From Hydrolagus colliei (taxonomy: Eukaryota): DNA of 64,000 nucleotides. The notes under the pieces are model-generated. The model did no database searches. It saw only the letters and a list, made by a program, of their open reading frames with translations, and had not been told where the DNA came from. The translations under genes and the position numbers were made by a program. This document shows, in pieces, positions 37,496 through 51,572 of the stretch. The stretch is taken from NCBI GenBank assembly GCA_035084275.1, contig CM068747.1, forward strand, positions 24,242,001 through 24,306,000, in the 5' to 3' direction. Every line of letters starts with the position of its first letter. The first letter of the stretch is position 1.

Positions 37496-38017
37496 GGAGA
37501 GTAAATGTACATTAGGTACAGTTGATGCTGTTTGCTGTCTTCCTTGCTCATTTGAGGTGGAGATTAATGCAGAAATCATAGTGTCAAGGCGATGTTGTAC
37601 CGGTTTCCACTGGCCTTGACCTAGCAATGCTCTGGTAAGCACAATTTATACAGGGAAATCCAGATAAATTTGCAAAGAAATGTTATGGTTGGATCAGCAA
37701 CCACATATAATAGGAGCTGTACACCGGAACGCTGCTTGACCAGATTTGTACTAGGAAAAGGTATGTGTGTATCACAGTAATGCTTCTCTTTAGTGAAATC
37801 ATAAAACAGTTGTTTTTTAATAGTTGATCTATTTACATACATAAACGCACAATGTGTGCTTTGAAATTGCTTGAATAAAAATACATTCAGATATGTAAAC
37901 TACCTACAAATGAACTACCTAAGTAGCCGTGCTTTGAAATTAAGACTTATAGTTTGTCTACATTGGTTATAAAACTTCAAAATTGGTAGTTTTATCAACA
38001 ACTTTATAACAATCAAA

Positions 38018-38172
38018 AATAATACTTGTTTTTGCATTTGATATAGCAGTTTTCACAGAATATACTGTCAAGTGAATTGACTGTATATTTGTGGGTGAAA
38101 CGCGGCAGCCAATTTTGCACACTAGAATCCCACAAACAGTCGTGGATTGAAGTGACCAATTTATTATTATTG
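38018..38172 (-). mobile_element. SINE 3' half
   Basis: ttgcatttgatatagc...cccacaaacagtcgtggattgaagtgaccaa. Confidence 0.9.
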
Positions 38173-39019
38173 TTAATAATATAACTTAAAAACAAACCCT
38201 CTGGTTTTTAAAACAATGTCATTACAATACAACTCAGTTTAAGTTCAGGCTCAAGATGCTGACCAATAGATTGACCTCCCAATTTGTTAATATTCCTACT
38301 GTATGCACAATAAATGATAAACATTGCAAGAAGCTATTAGTTTTCATTGTGGAATGATGTCAAAAATCAACGTTTGAGGCAACATTAAATATGCATTTGA
38401 TGTGTTTGAACAACACAGACAATTTGTTATCATTTTGCATTATTAAAATTCATGATATATTCGGGAGAGCTTCATTCTAAAATATTGCTACTGAACAACA
38501 ATTCATTGTTCAATCAGCACATATCAACATGCCCGACTCCTCAAGCTACAACAAATAACTAGCTTAAATATCCGAATTGCTTTGATCCCTATTAAATCTG
38601 TTCCGTACAAATCATTTCCTGTTTCCTTGAGAGCATTGAGAGTTCAGCTGTACAAATAACATGTTCTCACTCTGAAGCGCCCAAATGAACCGTTTGATTC
38701 ATATGTTTTGAGGGTATCTCTATTTTCACATATTATTTTAAACACAAGTCAATAGGCATGAGACTGCAAATATAAGTGGTACCACCTCAGAACCCAGCAG
38801 CAATGAGCTGTGAGCAGGTCTTTCTTACAATTTAGTAAAAATACATAATATAGGGAAATGCGAAAGGGGGAATTTACGTTCAAAAAGAGGACAGATTATT
38901 ATGCAAGGTGGAACAAAATTTAGATTCCACCAATCTTTGCAGATTCAAATCAAGACTCTTACAAATATATTCCATTGAGAAATAAGGGAAAATTAACTAA
39001 TAATGGGATGTCATGGATG

Positions 39020-39210
39020 AATAAGGAGGTAGTTGAATCAGATAATACAGATGCATTCAAGAGCAAACTAGAACTATACACAGGGGAGAAGGGAATAGAA
39101 GGCTATGGGAGGGAGTAAAGGAATGGGTTTATACTCCTGTGTGGAGTATAAACACCAATTGGGATGAGTGGCCTGTTTCCGTGCTGTATATTCTTTGTAA
39201 TCTTTGTAAC
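39020..39210 (+). mobile_element. CR1 LINE 3' end
   Basis: EVVESDNTDAFKSKLE ORF2 end; gtgtggagtataaacacc...tggcctgtttccgtgctgtat; tail ttctttgtaatctttgtaa. Confidence 0.85.
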
Positions 39211-40315
39211 ATAACAGAACATAATATATCATTCTTGCATTTCATATCATGCCTATAGCTGCATAACTATCTCAGAGCATTGCGCCAAGTTTCTTTGAAG
39301 TGCAGTAACTTTGCATTTGGTTCTCACTTCCCAGGGAGGCAGCGGTTTTGCATAATCTGATTAATCAGACACTCTCCTGAGAGTTAAGGATGACTTTCTG
39401 TTCTGTTCTCTCACCGCCAAAAGCAGGGTCGCCAATTACAACAAAGCTAGCACAACCAAAGACACAGTAATCTACAAATGTAGCAGCTTTACTTACACTT
39501 ACCATTTACTGCAGCCTCCTCGGCGCTAGAAACAAAAACAATTCAGATTTCAGTCGTATCTTTTGACTGCTTTCAGTTTCCTAGTATAAATAGGACATTT
39601 TTGACAATAGGAATCATCAAAATCCACAGAGTTGTGTTTAAAATTGTATTTGTGACTTCAGCAACAAGCGATATTTGCATTCATCTTAAGTTCAGTTATA
39701 ATGGAAAAAAACTGGCCCCTCTACACAGAAGGGCAAGTCTATAGGAGCGATTGTTTTGCCATTAGATAATGTATTTTAATTAATATAGAGCGTGAGTGAA
39801 GCTGGACTGAATTCCAAAGAGGTTAAAACAGCTAGAACTGTCACCAATGCTGAATAGCACAATCTTATTCCTCAACACAGTCTGCCCTACCCCACTGAGC
39901 ACAAAACATATGTTCTCCAATTAACAATAATTAGTAGATGGATTATTATAAAGCAATGATCTGATTAGTTGAGAGAGCAGCTATTAATGTGAATTTGAAG
40001 CATACTTCCTGGAACAAGCTGAACATCTCAAAGGCAGCACTGTGTGAGTTTTAATACTGCATCAGTCGCCTCTCGCATAGTCTTGATCCTGTCGAGGAAT
40101 GATTATAATGAATGCTGCAGCATGTCTTATGTTGTGATGAAAGAAACCTGAGTATTCAGCTACTTTCTGCGCTTTAATCAGCTCGTTTACCTTATTTCTA
40201 CACGAAACACACTGGAATATTCATTACTCCTCTATAAAAATAAATCCTATGAAAAATTTCTGATTTGAAAAATGTTCACAAGTGCATCAAAGCCTAACAA
40301 CAATGCTAGCAAACA

Positions 40316-40436
40316 CTGCCGCATTTCGCCAACAAAAACACGCAGTTAATTCACTTTACAGTGTACTCTGTGAAGCTCGTTTTAGACATATCGAAGACCT
40401 GATAAGGCTCTATATCAAATGCAAGGATTATTATTG
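40316..40436 (+). mobile_element. SINE 3' fragment
   Basis: aattcactttacagtg...tcgaagacctgataaggctctatatcaaatgcaaggattattatt. Confidence 0.9.
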
Positions 40437-40953
40437 TATTTATCATTACCAGCACCACAATGATGACTGGTATACAAACCTCTCTAGGCTACTAAGGCAA
40501 TAATTTCAGAGGTATAGTATAGTTGCTGGATTTGCAGAGTAACTTTGATTAAACAGATCAAATAGTTTGTAAAGCTTTGCAACATGAGCTCTCTCCTGTC
40601 CAGCCATATAGGTCAAATGTGTCTGATTTAGTTGGATATTGCTAGGTAAAATGATGTGAGTTTCATTGAAATGAAAATATTTAAAAATTAATAGTTACAA
40701 CAACATTTAAAAGCGGTTTGAACTCTGGATAGACCACTGGCCATTGAAGCCCACACAAAGTGCCATGCAGCTGATTAATAGGTTTAGTAATAAGTTTTTG
40801 TGACGAGTACTTGTATTAGCCTATTTCCAAACCAGCACAACAAAGTCATCCTTTAATAAATGTAATTTGACTCGCACAGGCTTTTGTAAAATGTAAGATC
40901 TGCAGCATTACGACACTGAAAATGCAGTTTAAAGAAAGGTGATACAAAACAAT

Positions 40954-40976
40954 TCTCTCTCTCTCTCTCTCTCTCT
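40954..40976. repeat. (CT)n microsatellite
   Basis: tctctctctctctctctctctct. Confidence 0.9.
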
Positions 40977-41005
40977 AAAAGGCTTCTATTAAATAGGAAC
41001 CTTCT

Positions 41006-41063
41006 CAACAAACAACATCAACAACAAAATTACATATATAGAGCGCCTTTCACGTCAGGAGGG
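41006..41063 (-). mobile_element. L2 3' tail
   Basis: caacaacaaaattacatatatagagcgcctttcacgtcaggagg. Confidence 0.85.
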
Positions 41064-41189
41064 CAGAGCTACTACTGGTAGATTGGGTCTGGAAAAGCAT
41101 TTAATTATGTCAAAATGTGATTCTAACCTTAAACTCACATTTTGAATATTGAATGCCATTTGGGGCATCTTATCTTTTGGAATATTAAA

Positions 41190-41520
41190 GCATTGGCGAG
41201 AGGTTACAGCAAAGAGCAACAAGAATAACTCTAGGACTCAAAGCCTACTTTATGAAGGGAGGCTTAGAGTTATGCTGAACGATTCTTATCGGGAAAAAAT
41301 TGAGGGGCCACACAATCCAGGTCTGGAAAATAATAAGTGGCATTGATGATAATGACGTAAGCACGCTATTTGGTGATAGCAGAAAAGAGGATATAGGTTT
41401 GAAATTAAAATGTCTCCAAGTGGGACCAGAGATTAGAGGATTTTTTTTCTCCCGTAGAGGAGCAGGTAGCACAGGCTCTCAGCAAAAACAGGTAATGCTG
41501 TGTTGAATAATTTCTACCAA
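41190..41520 (+). mobile_element. Old CR1 ORF2 C-terminal fragment
   Basis: ERLQQRATRITLGLK / YEGRLR / LRGHTIQVWKIISGID..LF..GLKL..EIRGFFFSRR, matching the CR1 C-terminal motifs. Confidence 0.85.
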
Positions 41521-42372
41521 AAAAAAACACAGGCTAGGAATGTGTATCAGAACAATACTGGAGGTTATATGGATAAACAATGACTAAAATGAGCAAATTC
41601 TTCATAGGACATAATGATTTCTGTGTTGCTGGGACTTTGATGAAGGAAATGCCTGTGTACAAAAGGTGGTCGGGGTTGCAGAGTGGAAATGTGGAGATGG
41701 ATGAATATTGCGAGTTTTTGCTTGATTAATAAGACCTTTGGGGTTAGGGAGTATCTCAATGCAATGCATTCTCACACAAGAGAGTCAGTGGGAGGGAAAA
41801 GTAGAGAGGGACTGAAAAGATAAAACGTTGTGTTCTGACGATGTTTAATTGTTTGTGGTGATAAATAAAGAAGTATTTAACGATGCATTGAAAGTGCGCT
41901 TGCTGTGTTTTGAGATATTCATGAACCCAAAAGAAAAAAGCAATCCAACTTTTCAGCAATATGGATTCAGAACTAGTTTGGCATCAGTAATGTATCCTGT
42001 GCAATGTACTTTGACAACTAGATTAATATTGGTAAAATATATTGGGCAAAATAGCTTCATTATTAGAATTACAATAAGAAGCTTCTGGGCAAGAACAACA
42101 TATGTAGAGACTGTTAAAACATGTTTTAAATTATTTTAATTAATAAATATACAGTACATTGTTTTGGGTGAAAATCCATTGGTAAATCCAAATTTCGCTT
42201 TACAATAACTGATTTTTCTGATTTTGTTTGGTGTGTTCTCATCCCAAAACCCACTTCACCGTAATGCTAGTTCCAGGAACACATATGCATCACAATACAT
42301 CATGTCTTTATTCTTTGCAATAAAAAAAAGCAGATTTGTTGCTTCAATAGGTGATTAAAAAAAGTTCTGAAG

Positions 42373-42689
42373 AATAATAATGATAATCCTTGCATTTGAT
42401 ATAGCGCTTTTCACATCTTATCGACATCTCAAAGCGCTTCACAGAATATACTGTAAAGTGAATTGACTCTATATTTGTGGGCAAAATGTTGCAGCCAATT
42501 TTGCAGAGTGCCTCAAACAATTGTGGATTGAAATGACCAATTTTATTATTGTGATTTTTTTGAATGGATTATTATTAGGCGTGTGGAGTAAGGAAACTTG
42601 TCCAAGCTTTCGCCCTGATCTGCCTGGATTTGAACACACGCTTCATGCTTGTAAGGCAAGTACTCCAACCACTGAACTACAAGGGCTCA
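42373..42689 (-). mobile_element. Full-length SINE
   Basis: Head ttgtagttcagtggttggagtacttgccttacaagc...gtgttcaaatcc; full body and tail. Confidence 0.95.
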
Positions 42690-44867
42690 GTTTTGTTTTG
42701 TTATCTATATTGAGTTTTTTTTAAAAAACTAATATCATCCTAATTTACAGTGTTGTCTGTCAAATTTTTCCCCTCCAACCTCCTTATGTTTTTTTTTTAC
42801 AGAAAAAAATACTCCTCCCAAATAATCCGAAAATAAGTGGGTTTATATTTTTGATGAAAACTCTCTTCAACGGTCTTCAAACATAGGCTATCGGTAAAAT
42901 ACAGTACCCTGCCCAAGACCAGCTAGTACTTTGTACTTTGCAAGAACACCAACTGGATTCTTAGTGGATTCCCCTTCGTGGTAAGTGTAAGCAAAGCAAA
43001 ACAATATCATCTGTTACCAATACCCAGACCCTGTTTTACTGAAGTTAATCCACATACCTGTGTTCAGTGTCCAAGTGGTTAACATGGGGCCATAAAAAAT
43101 GATCGTGATTTTAAAAAGTCGCAAGAAACAAAATCAAAATTCAAAAACCAACTTTGCAGTTTGGTGCCAGCAGAAGTTAGTGGCACAAGAAAAGCTTCTG
43201 TGTTTCTGTGCAATGGGCCAGAGGCGGATACAATTTAGGGGAAAGCAATGTTAGTGTTATTTATGCTATTTTATTTACTTTCCTCCAGCTAAAGGGGAAC
43301 AGGCTAATTCTTAGTCTAATTTGTGGCATTTGAAATTCCACACAGAGGTTTCTTAAGTATCTCTTGAGCTCAGTCTTTTTCCTTCCAGTCCTAGTTCTCT
43401 TCTTCAGGGACTGCATCTAAATCCTACCAATTTAGGCTATATGCGTCAGACCAGCAAGTGCTAAGGATTGTTTTGCATAGTTTCCATTGCAATGCCACTA
43501 TTATTTGCTTTGGACTAGTTCAATTTAATTACATGTTTTGAGCACAGTTTGGTTTTGATCTTATTTTTTCCCTCACCTGAGCCCATTGCGTTTTAAAAAT
43601 ATATTTCCCCTGTCATTTAATTTCCCTTCCTTTTCTGATCTGTAATTGGCTTTGGGTTTCTGACTTTTTGCTAATAAGCAGCTTACTCTCTCTCCCTTTA
43701 GACATAACCCACACTGCATCCTTTATGTTATGAATTTTACAAGGGATTTTAATAGATGCTTTAGGCTATGCAAACTGTTGTAAAAAACAGAAAAGCTTCA
43801 TGCTTTTCATGCTCAAGCCTTCACACAGAGGACATGTGAATATCTGCTTATTATTGCAGTCAAGTCTCAAAACTTTCATTAAGGTTTGTCAAGGCCAAGA
43901 GGGGAAACAATATCACAAGTACATGAAGGAATATTAACCTCAGACTCCATAACAAACTATAATTAGTTAGTACTCTGCATTAACTCTCTTTAGACAGAAA
44001 CACTCATTATTTTTATACATACATAATAAAACTGCTTATCTAAGGTCAAAGGCCTCTATGTGGATGAAGAAATGAGCTGGTGTCAGAGCAAGAGAAATTG
44101 TGATTTGTATTCTTCATTTTAAGAAAGCTCTAAAATGCTACATAGGGAATGGAAGGCAGTGTGGAGTGTGGGTGTCAGGCTGTCAGTAGTCTGACAGCTA
44201 TGGTAACTACCCTCTAATCCAGCAGGCTCCAGCCATGCTCTCAGTTGACACTGCAAGGGCTGACTGACAGCTGAAGTGTGGGCACTTTTTACAGGCAGAA
44301 GTGACATTCAGTCTATTAAAAGTGACAGGCACAAAGGAGAGATTTGCCCTGACTGGTTGGTAGTGAAGCTTAGTAAAAGGGTTATTGGAGAGGTCTTGGA
44401 GAAGGTGTCAAATTCAAGATCAGATCATAAGAATTTTGTTAATCATAGTAGTGGACAGTGCCTTGCTAGTGTCTGAACTGATTTTTCAGAGAGCTAGTTA
44501 CACTCAAACTCAGAAAACTGTATATTCAAGGAGAGATTCCTTATGTATGGAAAGGCAATCATATACCAACTGGCTACCAACCATTCCTTGGAATTGTACC
44601 AAATTCATATATATTATTCTGACCAGCTTACATTTTGTCACTAAATACTAATAGCTTTTTATTGAAAAAAATCCAATATTACGTTATGGTCAAAGGAGGT
44701 TAGATTTTATCTGTATGAATTACCAACTAAGAGATCATTGCAATACAGAAGATACGGGGATTGGCATTGAACACATGTAAACACAGTCATGGATTCCAAT
44801 TAGCTCCCTATATCCAATACTGTATTACACTTATATGTGTGCTTAATAAGTTTCATCTGTTTCCCTT

Positions 44868-45152
44868 GGTTTCTGTGGCTCAGTGGTTAAAGCACTCGCC
44901 TTACAAGCATGAGACATGTGTTCGAATCCAGGCAGGTCAAGTCGAAAACTCCACACGCCTGATAAAAATCCCTCCCAAAAAAACCAATAGTAAAATTGGT
45001 CACTTCAACTCACGACTGTTTCTGGGACACTGCTGTGCGCAATTGGCTGCCGCATTTCACCCACAAATGTACAGTCAATTCACTTGAAGCGCTTTGAGAC
45101 GTCTAGAAGACGTGAATAGTGCTATATCAAATGCAAGGATTATTATTATATT
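44868..45152 (+). mobile_element. Full-length SINE with internal deletions
   Basis: A-box tggctcagtgg, ccttacaag loop, B-box gttcgaatcc, tail atcaaatgcaagg(att)n. Confidence 0.95.
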
Positions 45153-45311
45153 ATTTCATGTGGTTGGGCGTTTAGAGTATAAAACATGTTATGTTTATTG
45201 AGCTGAGCTAGTAAATTTAATTTGCTTACACATACATGCCGTAGCTGATACCCAACCATGTAGAACCATGGAGTATATCAGTGTTTCACTCCTTTGAAAG
45301 AAGAACACGAA

Positions 45312-45352
45312 TACATGTGTACAGTGCCTTTCACATCGAGAGGATGTCCCAA
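45312..45352 (-). mobile_element. L2 tail stem-loop remnant
   Basis: tacagtgcctttcacatcgagaggatgtcccaag. Confidence 0.75.
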
Positions 45353-47596
45353 GAAATAAAGTAAAATCACCCTGACGTTCTTATGTGCTGCAATCTCATG
45401 ATTCAGTGTGAACATCCACAGGCACTGTTCCTCCGTTGAGTCCAAGTAGCTGGAAATGTTCTTGTGCATTTGTGCAACATTAATTCCTGCCTACTGCACC
45501 CACACTCGTAAAGAATTGTAGTCGTTTTAAAAATAAAACAAGAAGATAACAGGAGAGACATTTTTCATTCTTATTTCAAGTCATTCTACACCGCCAAATG
45601 AAGCTGGATCATGCATTGGTTTTTCAGTAACTACCTGTTATAATAATCCTCTAGTAAAACGAAACAATGGAAAGGACATCCTCGTCAGTGACTCCAGCTT
45701 AATTGATGCCGTTTACTTTCCCACTGTTATTAGTCATGTCTGAAAATGGGAAGGTGAAAGTGGGATCTTAATTACTAAAGTGTAGGACTAATGACTGATG
45801 ATTAAAGCACCTCCCGCATTTCGCTAATCCACGGTATTCCACCCAAATGTCAGGGGTAGACTATGAACTCAAGTGCCCACATACTATAAGAAAGCATGAT
45901 GTAGGAATGAGTGATTTGACCCATTAACATTAAGACCAATTTATACCACGCAGAATATACCTTGTTGTACCCATTCACTGTGCTCCTGAATGAACCTTTT
46001 GCATAGCTAGTCCCTTATCCCCCAAGGTAATCATCCAAACTTCAATCCCACATCTCCACTGTTCAACTCTTTCCTGCTTTCCTCTACTGGCTACATCCCT
46101 GCTTGCCTCATCACAGCAACACAACCATTGTGCCTCTTGGAATATGTGCTCATTTCTGCTTTATCTACTCCTATAATTTACTGTAATACTGTTCGTAACC
46201 AAACATAAAAGCTAATTCACAATAAATATTAAGGAATAATCTTACAATTGGCAACATATCCAGTAATAAGTTGTACTTTAGTCGCAATAAAATCAAAGAA
46301 TATTTCATTTCTGTATCGGAACTGTAGCTTTTAATACATAATATATTGTAACTTTGATAAGAAAGCTCAAACTAAATTGTTTATGTAGTTAATAGGGGTT
46401 ATGTAGTTTTGTTGTCATTTAAAAAAAAAAAGGGCAGTATTGAGATCTGGGTTTGGGAGTGCAATAAAATGAGATTGTCACGCGTTGATTTATGTAAGTG
46501 TTTCTTCCTGATCATTTTCTATTAAAAACTGTTGACATTTTATTTGCAGTAATCTGCATTCTGCTGGCTGCACGTTTAGAGGAGCCTGGATTAACAGAGA
46601 TTGCTGGTCGGTGAATCTGAATTCATGAAACTAAGCAGAAATTGACAGCCCCATTAGAAAAAGGGATACTGCAGCTCGGGCAATAATTTGTTGATAACCA
46701 TTTAAATTTCCAATTATTTTCTTGTCTGTTGATTTTGATTTATAGAGTGGCCTACTACATTACCGTGATTTCCTGTTGCCAATCAGCAATTGTATGTTTA
46801 GTGGTTGGGACCACAAGCAAACAGAGTGAACTGAAAATATAGTGGGCCTTTTCGCTGCAATGTGACAACGTGATGTAAATTTAGTAATGGTCCTGGCATT
46901 CACAACCCCTTTCTAAATTTCATATGTAGTACACGTCTGAACCAGTGTATGTGGAAGCACAGGACAGCAATTTTTGCAGCATGGATAATGTACCTCGATC
47001 TGCAGGACAGGCATTGTGAGGCACTGACGTTAAAAATGTGAACCTTTTGTTTACTAATGTAGGATGATTTCAGTCATATTGAATAGGACAGAAAGTGCGT
47101 TCCTCAGGCCACACAACATTAACCCAGCAGAAAGGCAGAGCAAATAACAAAGCGCACACTGATATTGAAATGCAAACAAGAAGCAAGTAATATAGGAATC
47201 TGTGTTGGGAAAAGAGCTGATGTGTCATTTACTGTGCAATGCAGATGCATTTAAACAGAGGCGAGATAACATGGTTGCTTGGTTTTAATCTTTCTTCTGC
47301 TTATGAGGGAAAGAAATGGAGTATAATGGCAACCTAGATGCTACTAAAGTTTAAATCTAACCCTCAGGTTTATAAGGTTACAGCATACAAACTACAGGTG
47401 GTGCTATACATGGGAGTATGGAATTGAAACCTAGGATTTAATTCATCGAGAAATGCAAAAGATCATTGGAGTCGATTCGTTATAAGTAAAGTAATTTTGG
47501 GAGGTAGGTAAAGTATGAACATTTACTTGAGGAACAGGCTTAATACGTGATTGCAAATGTGCGCCCTTCAGATATTCAATTAGACTTGGTGTAAGT

Positions 47597-47710
47597 TTTG
47601 CCCACAAAATATGCACTCAACAGTAAATTCTGTGAATCGCTTTGAGATATCTCGAAGGCCTGATAAGGCGCTATATCAAATGCAAGGACTATCAAATGCA
47701 AGGATTATTA
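47597..47710 (+). mobile_element. SINE 3' fragment with duplicated terminus
   Basis: gataaggcgctatatcaaatgcaaggactatcaaatgcaaggattatta. Confidence 0.9.
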
Positions 47711-50077
47711 GAAATTCCTGAACGCTGATTTTCATGGGTTGAAGAAGATGTGGATACCAGTAAGAAAAAGCAAGAGAAATATGTAACTGGAAAACGTAAG
47801 ATATAATGGGTAACAATTTTCAACTAGGGAAATGCAATGCATTCTGCCGGCATCACACTGACGTGAAGCCAGTCTTCTGGACTGCAATGTTTTGTTGGAA
47901 ATTTGATTTAGTTGTATCCGTGTATGGTATAGTACTTTTGTTCGGTTATAATGTCCATTAACTTTAAAGAAATTACATATTGTATAACGCAACAGTGGCT
48001 CATTTTATAAGCTATATCACTCACAAATAAATAAGTAATTAATGGTTTAAAAAAAGGTGTGGTGTAGGGGGGAAGTAAACTGGAGTATTTTTCGAATTAT
48101 TAGAGGTCAGAAATAATTTGGAAACATTACCAAGTGAAGCCAATCAAAGTGGACCAATTTACATTATTGCAAGCAGGCAAACGGATAACAAAGGCACTGT
48201 CTGCGTGTTAACACTGCCGATTAGGTCAACTTTTTACCCTCTGAGCTCTTTTCCTGTAAATGACGAGTTCTGATGTGAAACAAGCAACATGTCAAGGCAA
48301 GTTGAAAGATGTAGGCATTTTATGCCATGTCACGGTGACAGGCCGGTGAATATTTAGGCCATTAGGGGCTTATTAGTGAATAAATGACCAGATGGTTCAC
48401 TGATGCATAGAGATGGACAGAACTGGATGCTACTAATCAGCAGTGTCTGTACTTTGTGTCATATCACATGACACGGTAACCCATGGATACTGAATAAAAG
48501 TTACCATTAGCAAGTCAATTTTTCTATGTGTTCACTGTAAACACTCCTAACATTGACCACAGACCTTTACAAAAATGTAACATTAGATTTTATTGCAATG
48601 ATATTGTATGTGTAATTTTACTGTATTTAGTACAAAAATATTGCATTAAATGCTATAGAATTGTGTACAGGTGGATATATTGGTAAATCAACCGTAATAT
48701 TTTATTTCCTGTTCATTTTAGACACATTATAATCTGATTTTAAGTTGAAGTCAATGTATTTTTCCATAATAACAAAAAATTCTGTAGGAATGACCATCCA
48801 GGTGGAAGAGGGTACTTTACAGTACTAGGTGTCAAAACGGGTACCTTTACACAAGAATGTAACTTAAATTCATTTGGTGATTAAAGTAAAACAATACACG
48901 AGAAAACTTAAAGGTGAATAAGAATGAAAAGTTTCTAAGTTCAGTTCTGTATTTAGAAATGTGTATGTATTGCATCACTCCCCTGTGAAGGACGGTAGCA
49001 TGTTTACAGCCAAATTAAAAAAGAAAAGAAGGTTCCAAGTTTTGTTGTTCACTTGGGAGCTACATTAGGAAGTTGCCTGTCTGAATTGCTCAGGAGATGC
49101 TTTATTCAGTTATGCAGTCAGTTCAGATAAATGATCCATATGCATACATGTACATCATTAAATTGGAGCAATCGGACATGGTTTCCGTAATTCTTCAGTT
49201 CCCAACCGTGATCTTCGGATACTGAATTCTAATATACTGGAAATCTGTGTTTCAAAGAAAAAAAATGGCTATTCATACTAAGAGGTACCAACATTTAAAA
49301 ATTATTTTTGAATCGATATTTGCAAACTATTTGTACTTATAGATTGTTATGGAAAATGAGCAAATGTTAGAATGAAAAATCAGTGTTACAAGCATTAAAA
49401 AAACATCTATTTGCAGTAAAAATAAAATAAATTTCCACTTTGCAGAAGACATTGACTTTTTTTGTTTAACGATGGCTGGCGGAGACAAAGTAAATGAAAC
49501 AAAATTGAGATGTAGACTATCCTTGAGATGCACCTTTAGATTACTGTTTATTGTGGGTAAGCAATTTTATTAAAAAGATCCCAGATTTAAATACTCTGAA
49601 TTTATGTCATTACAATTGAAACACCACAACAGAGTCTCAGATTGCAGGATCAAATTATTTTTAAAAAAAATGTAATGCGAGCAGCTTATTACATCTGCTG
49701 AACATAGTGTGATTATTACACATCATATGCTAATTACAGTTCATTAATGTTAAACCTTAATGGCACCAGACTCAGTTAAAGGGCTGTAAAGCTTCCTCAG
49801 CGAAACGCAGCAAATAAAAACAAGTTAATGAAGTCAACCATTGAAGCACTCATTACGTAACTAAAATACATGATTGCCTATAGCTGCTTTGTACATTCTG
49901 CTGTCACCCCGAAAACAGTGTCCTTGGCCATTTATCCTCCTCACCCCCCACCCCCATGACTAAATCCTCATGGTTGCCGCAAAGTACGGTAAATTTTAAA
50001 AAATCTAATAGGAAATATTAACAAGATTTAATAACTTGTTTGTAGATGTATTTTGTTTCATAATTATGTTTCATTGC

Positions 50078-50482
50078 TAATTGCTTGTGGACCTTCCTAA
50101 TTCCTCCCTTCATAGGTTGCAGATAATCCAGAACTCTGCGGTCCACGTCCTCTACCGCTCCAAGCTTCGTGACCCCATCTCCCCCAACTCCATTGGCTCC
50201 CCATCACCCAGAGCATTCAATTCAAGATCCAGGTCCATACATTCAAAGCCCGCCATGGCCTCGCCCCACCCTACATCTGCGAGCTCTCAACCCCCTAGCA
50301 ACCTGTCCGCCCCCTCCGCTCAGCAGTAGGTGGCCCCATCGGTCACCCCAAATTCCACCGTTTCCCTCCACCCTCCCCGTCCCCAGCTCGGGTCTGAAAC
50401 AATGACTGTCCAGCACCTTGGGACTTCCTCCTGACGTGAAAGGCGCTATTCAAGTGTAATTTTGTTGTTGTTATTGTTGTTG
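50078..50482 (+). mobile_element. L2 3' portion (ORF2 remnant, UTR and tail)
   Basis: LPNSSLHRLQIIQNSA...LHWLPITQSIQFKI...HGLAPPYICEL...VRPLRS across a frameshift; tail gtgaaaggcgctattcaagtgtaatt(ttg)n. Confidence 0.93.
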
Positions 50483-51196
50483 TAATAGCTCTTTTGTTTT
50501 GACATTTGTTCAATCAAATCAGCTCCTATATGTGGAATGTCGTGCATTAATGCAGCAATATTGTCAGTCTTGTAACTACGAATTCTGGACTGTTATGGTG
50601 GGCAGGCGCTCAGTAGGCTCTTTATTGTCGGTTCTTTGCACCTCTGTCATAAACAAAGTGGTTTGCTTTCATTTATGGTTCCTGCTTATATTGTTATTAA
50701 GTATCCCCAAATGGATTTGAATTTAGTGTTGAAAGGAATTATATAATGGCTTCATCACTCAGATCTCTACAGATTATGTCTTCTGCGTGTTGTAAAAACT
50801 GCAATAAGATTTGACATTTCTCAGTACATTGCTGTAGTATTAAATCTGTACCTATCTTCAATCCTATCAAACAACTTACAATCATATGGAAGGCTGTTTA
50901 GACATTTAAGAGTGTGACCTGCAGTCACAGACATAGGAGAATCACTAGACCGCACCTACTTGTGCAGATTGGTTGACAGGGGCTGCGTTTATTTGAATGG
51001 TCTGTCACTGTGCTTGCTAATGGCGAAAAGGATGAGATTACATGCAAGTGAGCAGTAGGTGATCAGGTTAGAAGCAAAGTTTAATGAGGGATCGGAACAC
51101 ACAATGAAAGGAATACTGTAAGTGTGTTTGAGATGAATTTATAAATACGATTCTATAATGATTTACATTCTATTTCTTGCAGAACTAAACACTTAG

Positions 51197-51310
51197 AATA
51201 ATAGTAATACTCCTTGTATTTTGACACAGCGTCTTATCAAATTTGCAAGATGTCTCCAAGCATTTCACAGAGTATGCTTTACAGTGAATTGACTTTATTT
51301 TTGTGGGAGA
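51197..51310 (-). mobile_element. Diverged SINE 3' fragment
   Basis: ccttgtattttgacacagcgtcttatc...cacagagtatgctttacagtgaattgac. Confidence 0.8.
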
Positions 51311-51319
51311 ACTTCTCAA

Positions 51320-51572
51320 CTTCTCAAAGCGCTTCACAGAATATACTGTAAAGTTACTGTACATTTGTGGTCGAAACGCGGCAGCCAAATGCGAACAGCA
51401 GTGTCCTGCAAACAGTCGTGGATTGAAATGACAAATTTTTATTATTGTGTTTTTTTTTACGGATTATTATTAGGCGTGTGAAGTAAGGAAACTTCGCCCT
51501 GATCTGCCTGAATTCGAACACAGGTCTCACACTTGTAAGGCAAGTGCACTAACCACTGAGCTACAGGAGCTC
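51320..51572 (-). mobile_element. SINE with head, lacking its own tail end
   Basis: Head ctcctgtagctcagtggttagtgcacttgccttacaagtgtgagacctgtgttcgaattc. Confidence 0.93.

Noticed and set aside
39126-39152. 11-bp hairpin gtttatactcc/ggagtataaac
   Set aside because: Lies inside a CR1 3' UTR, so it is not an independent element.
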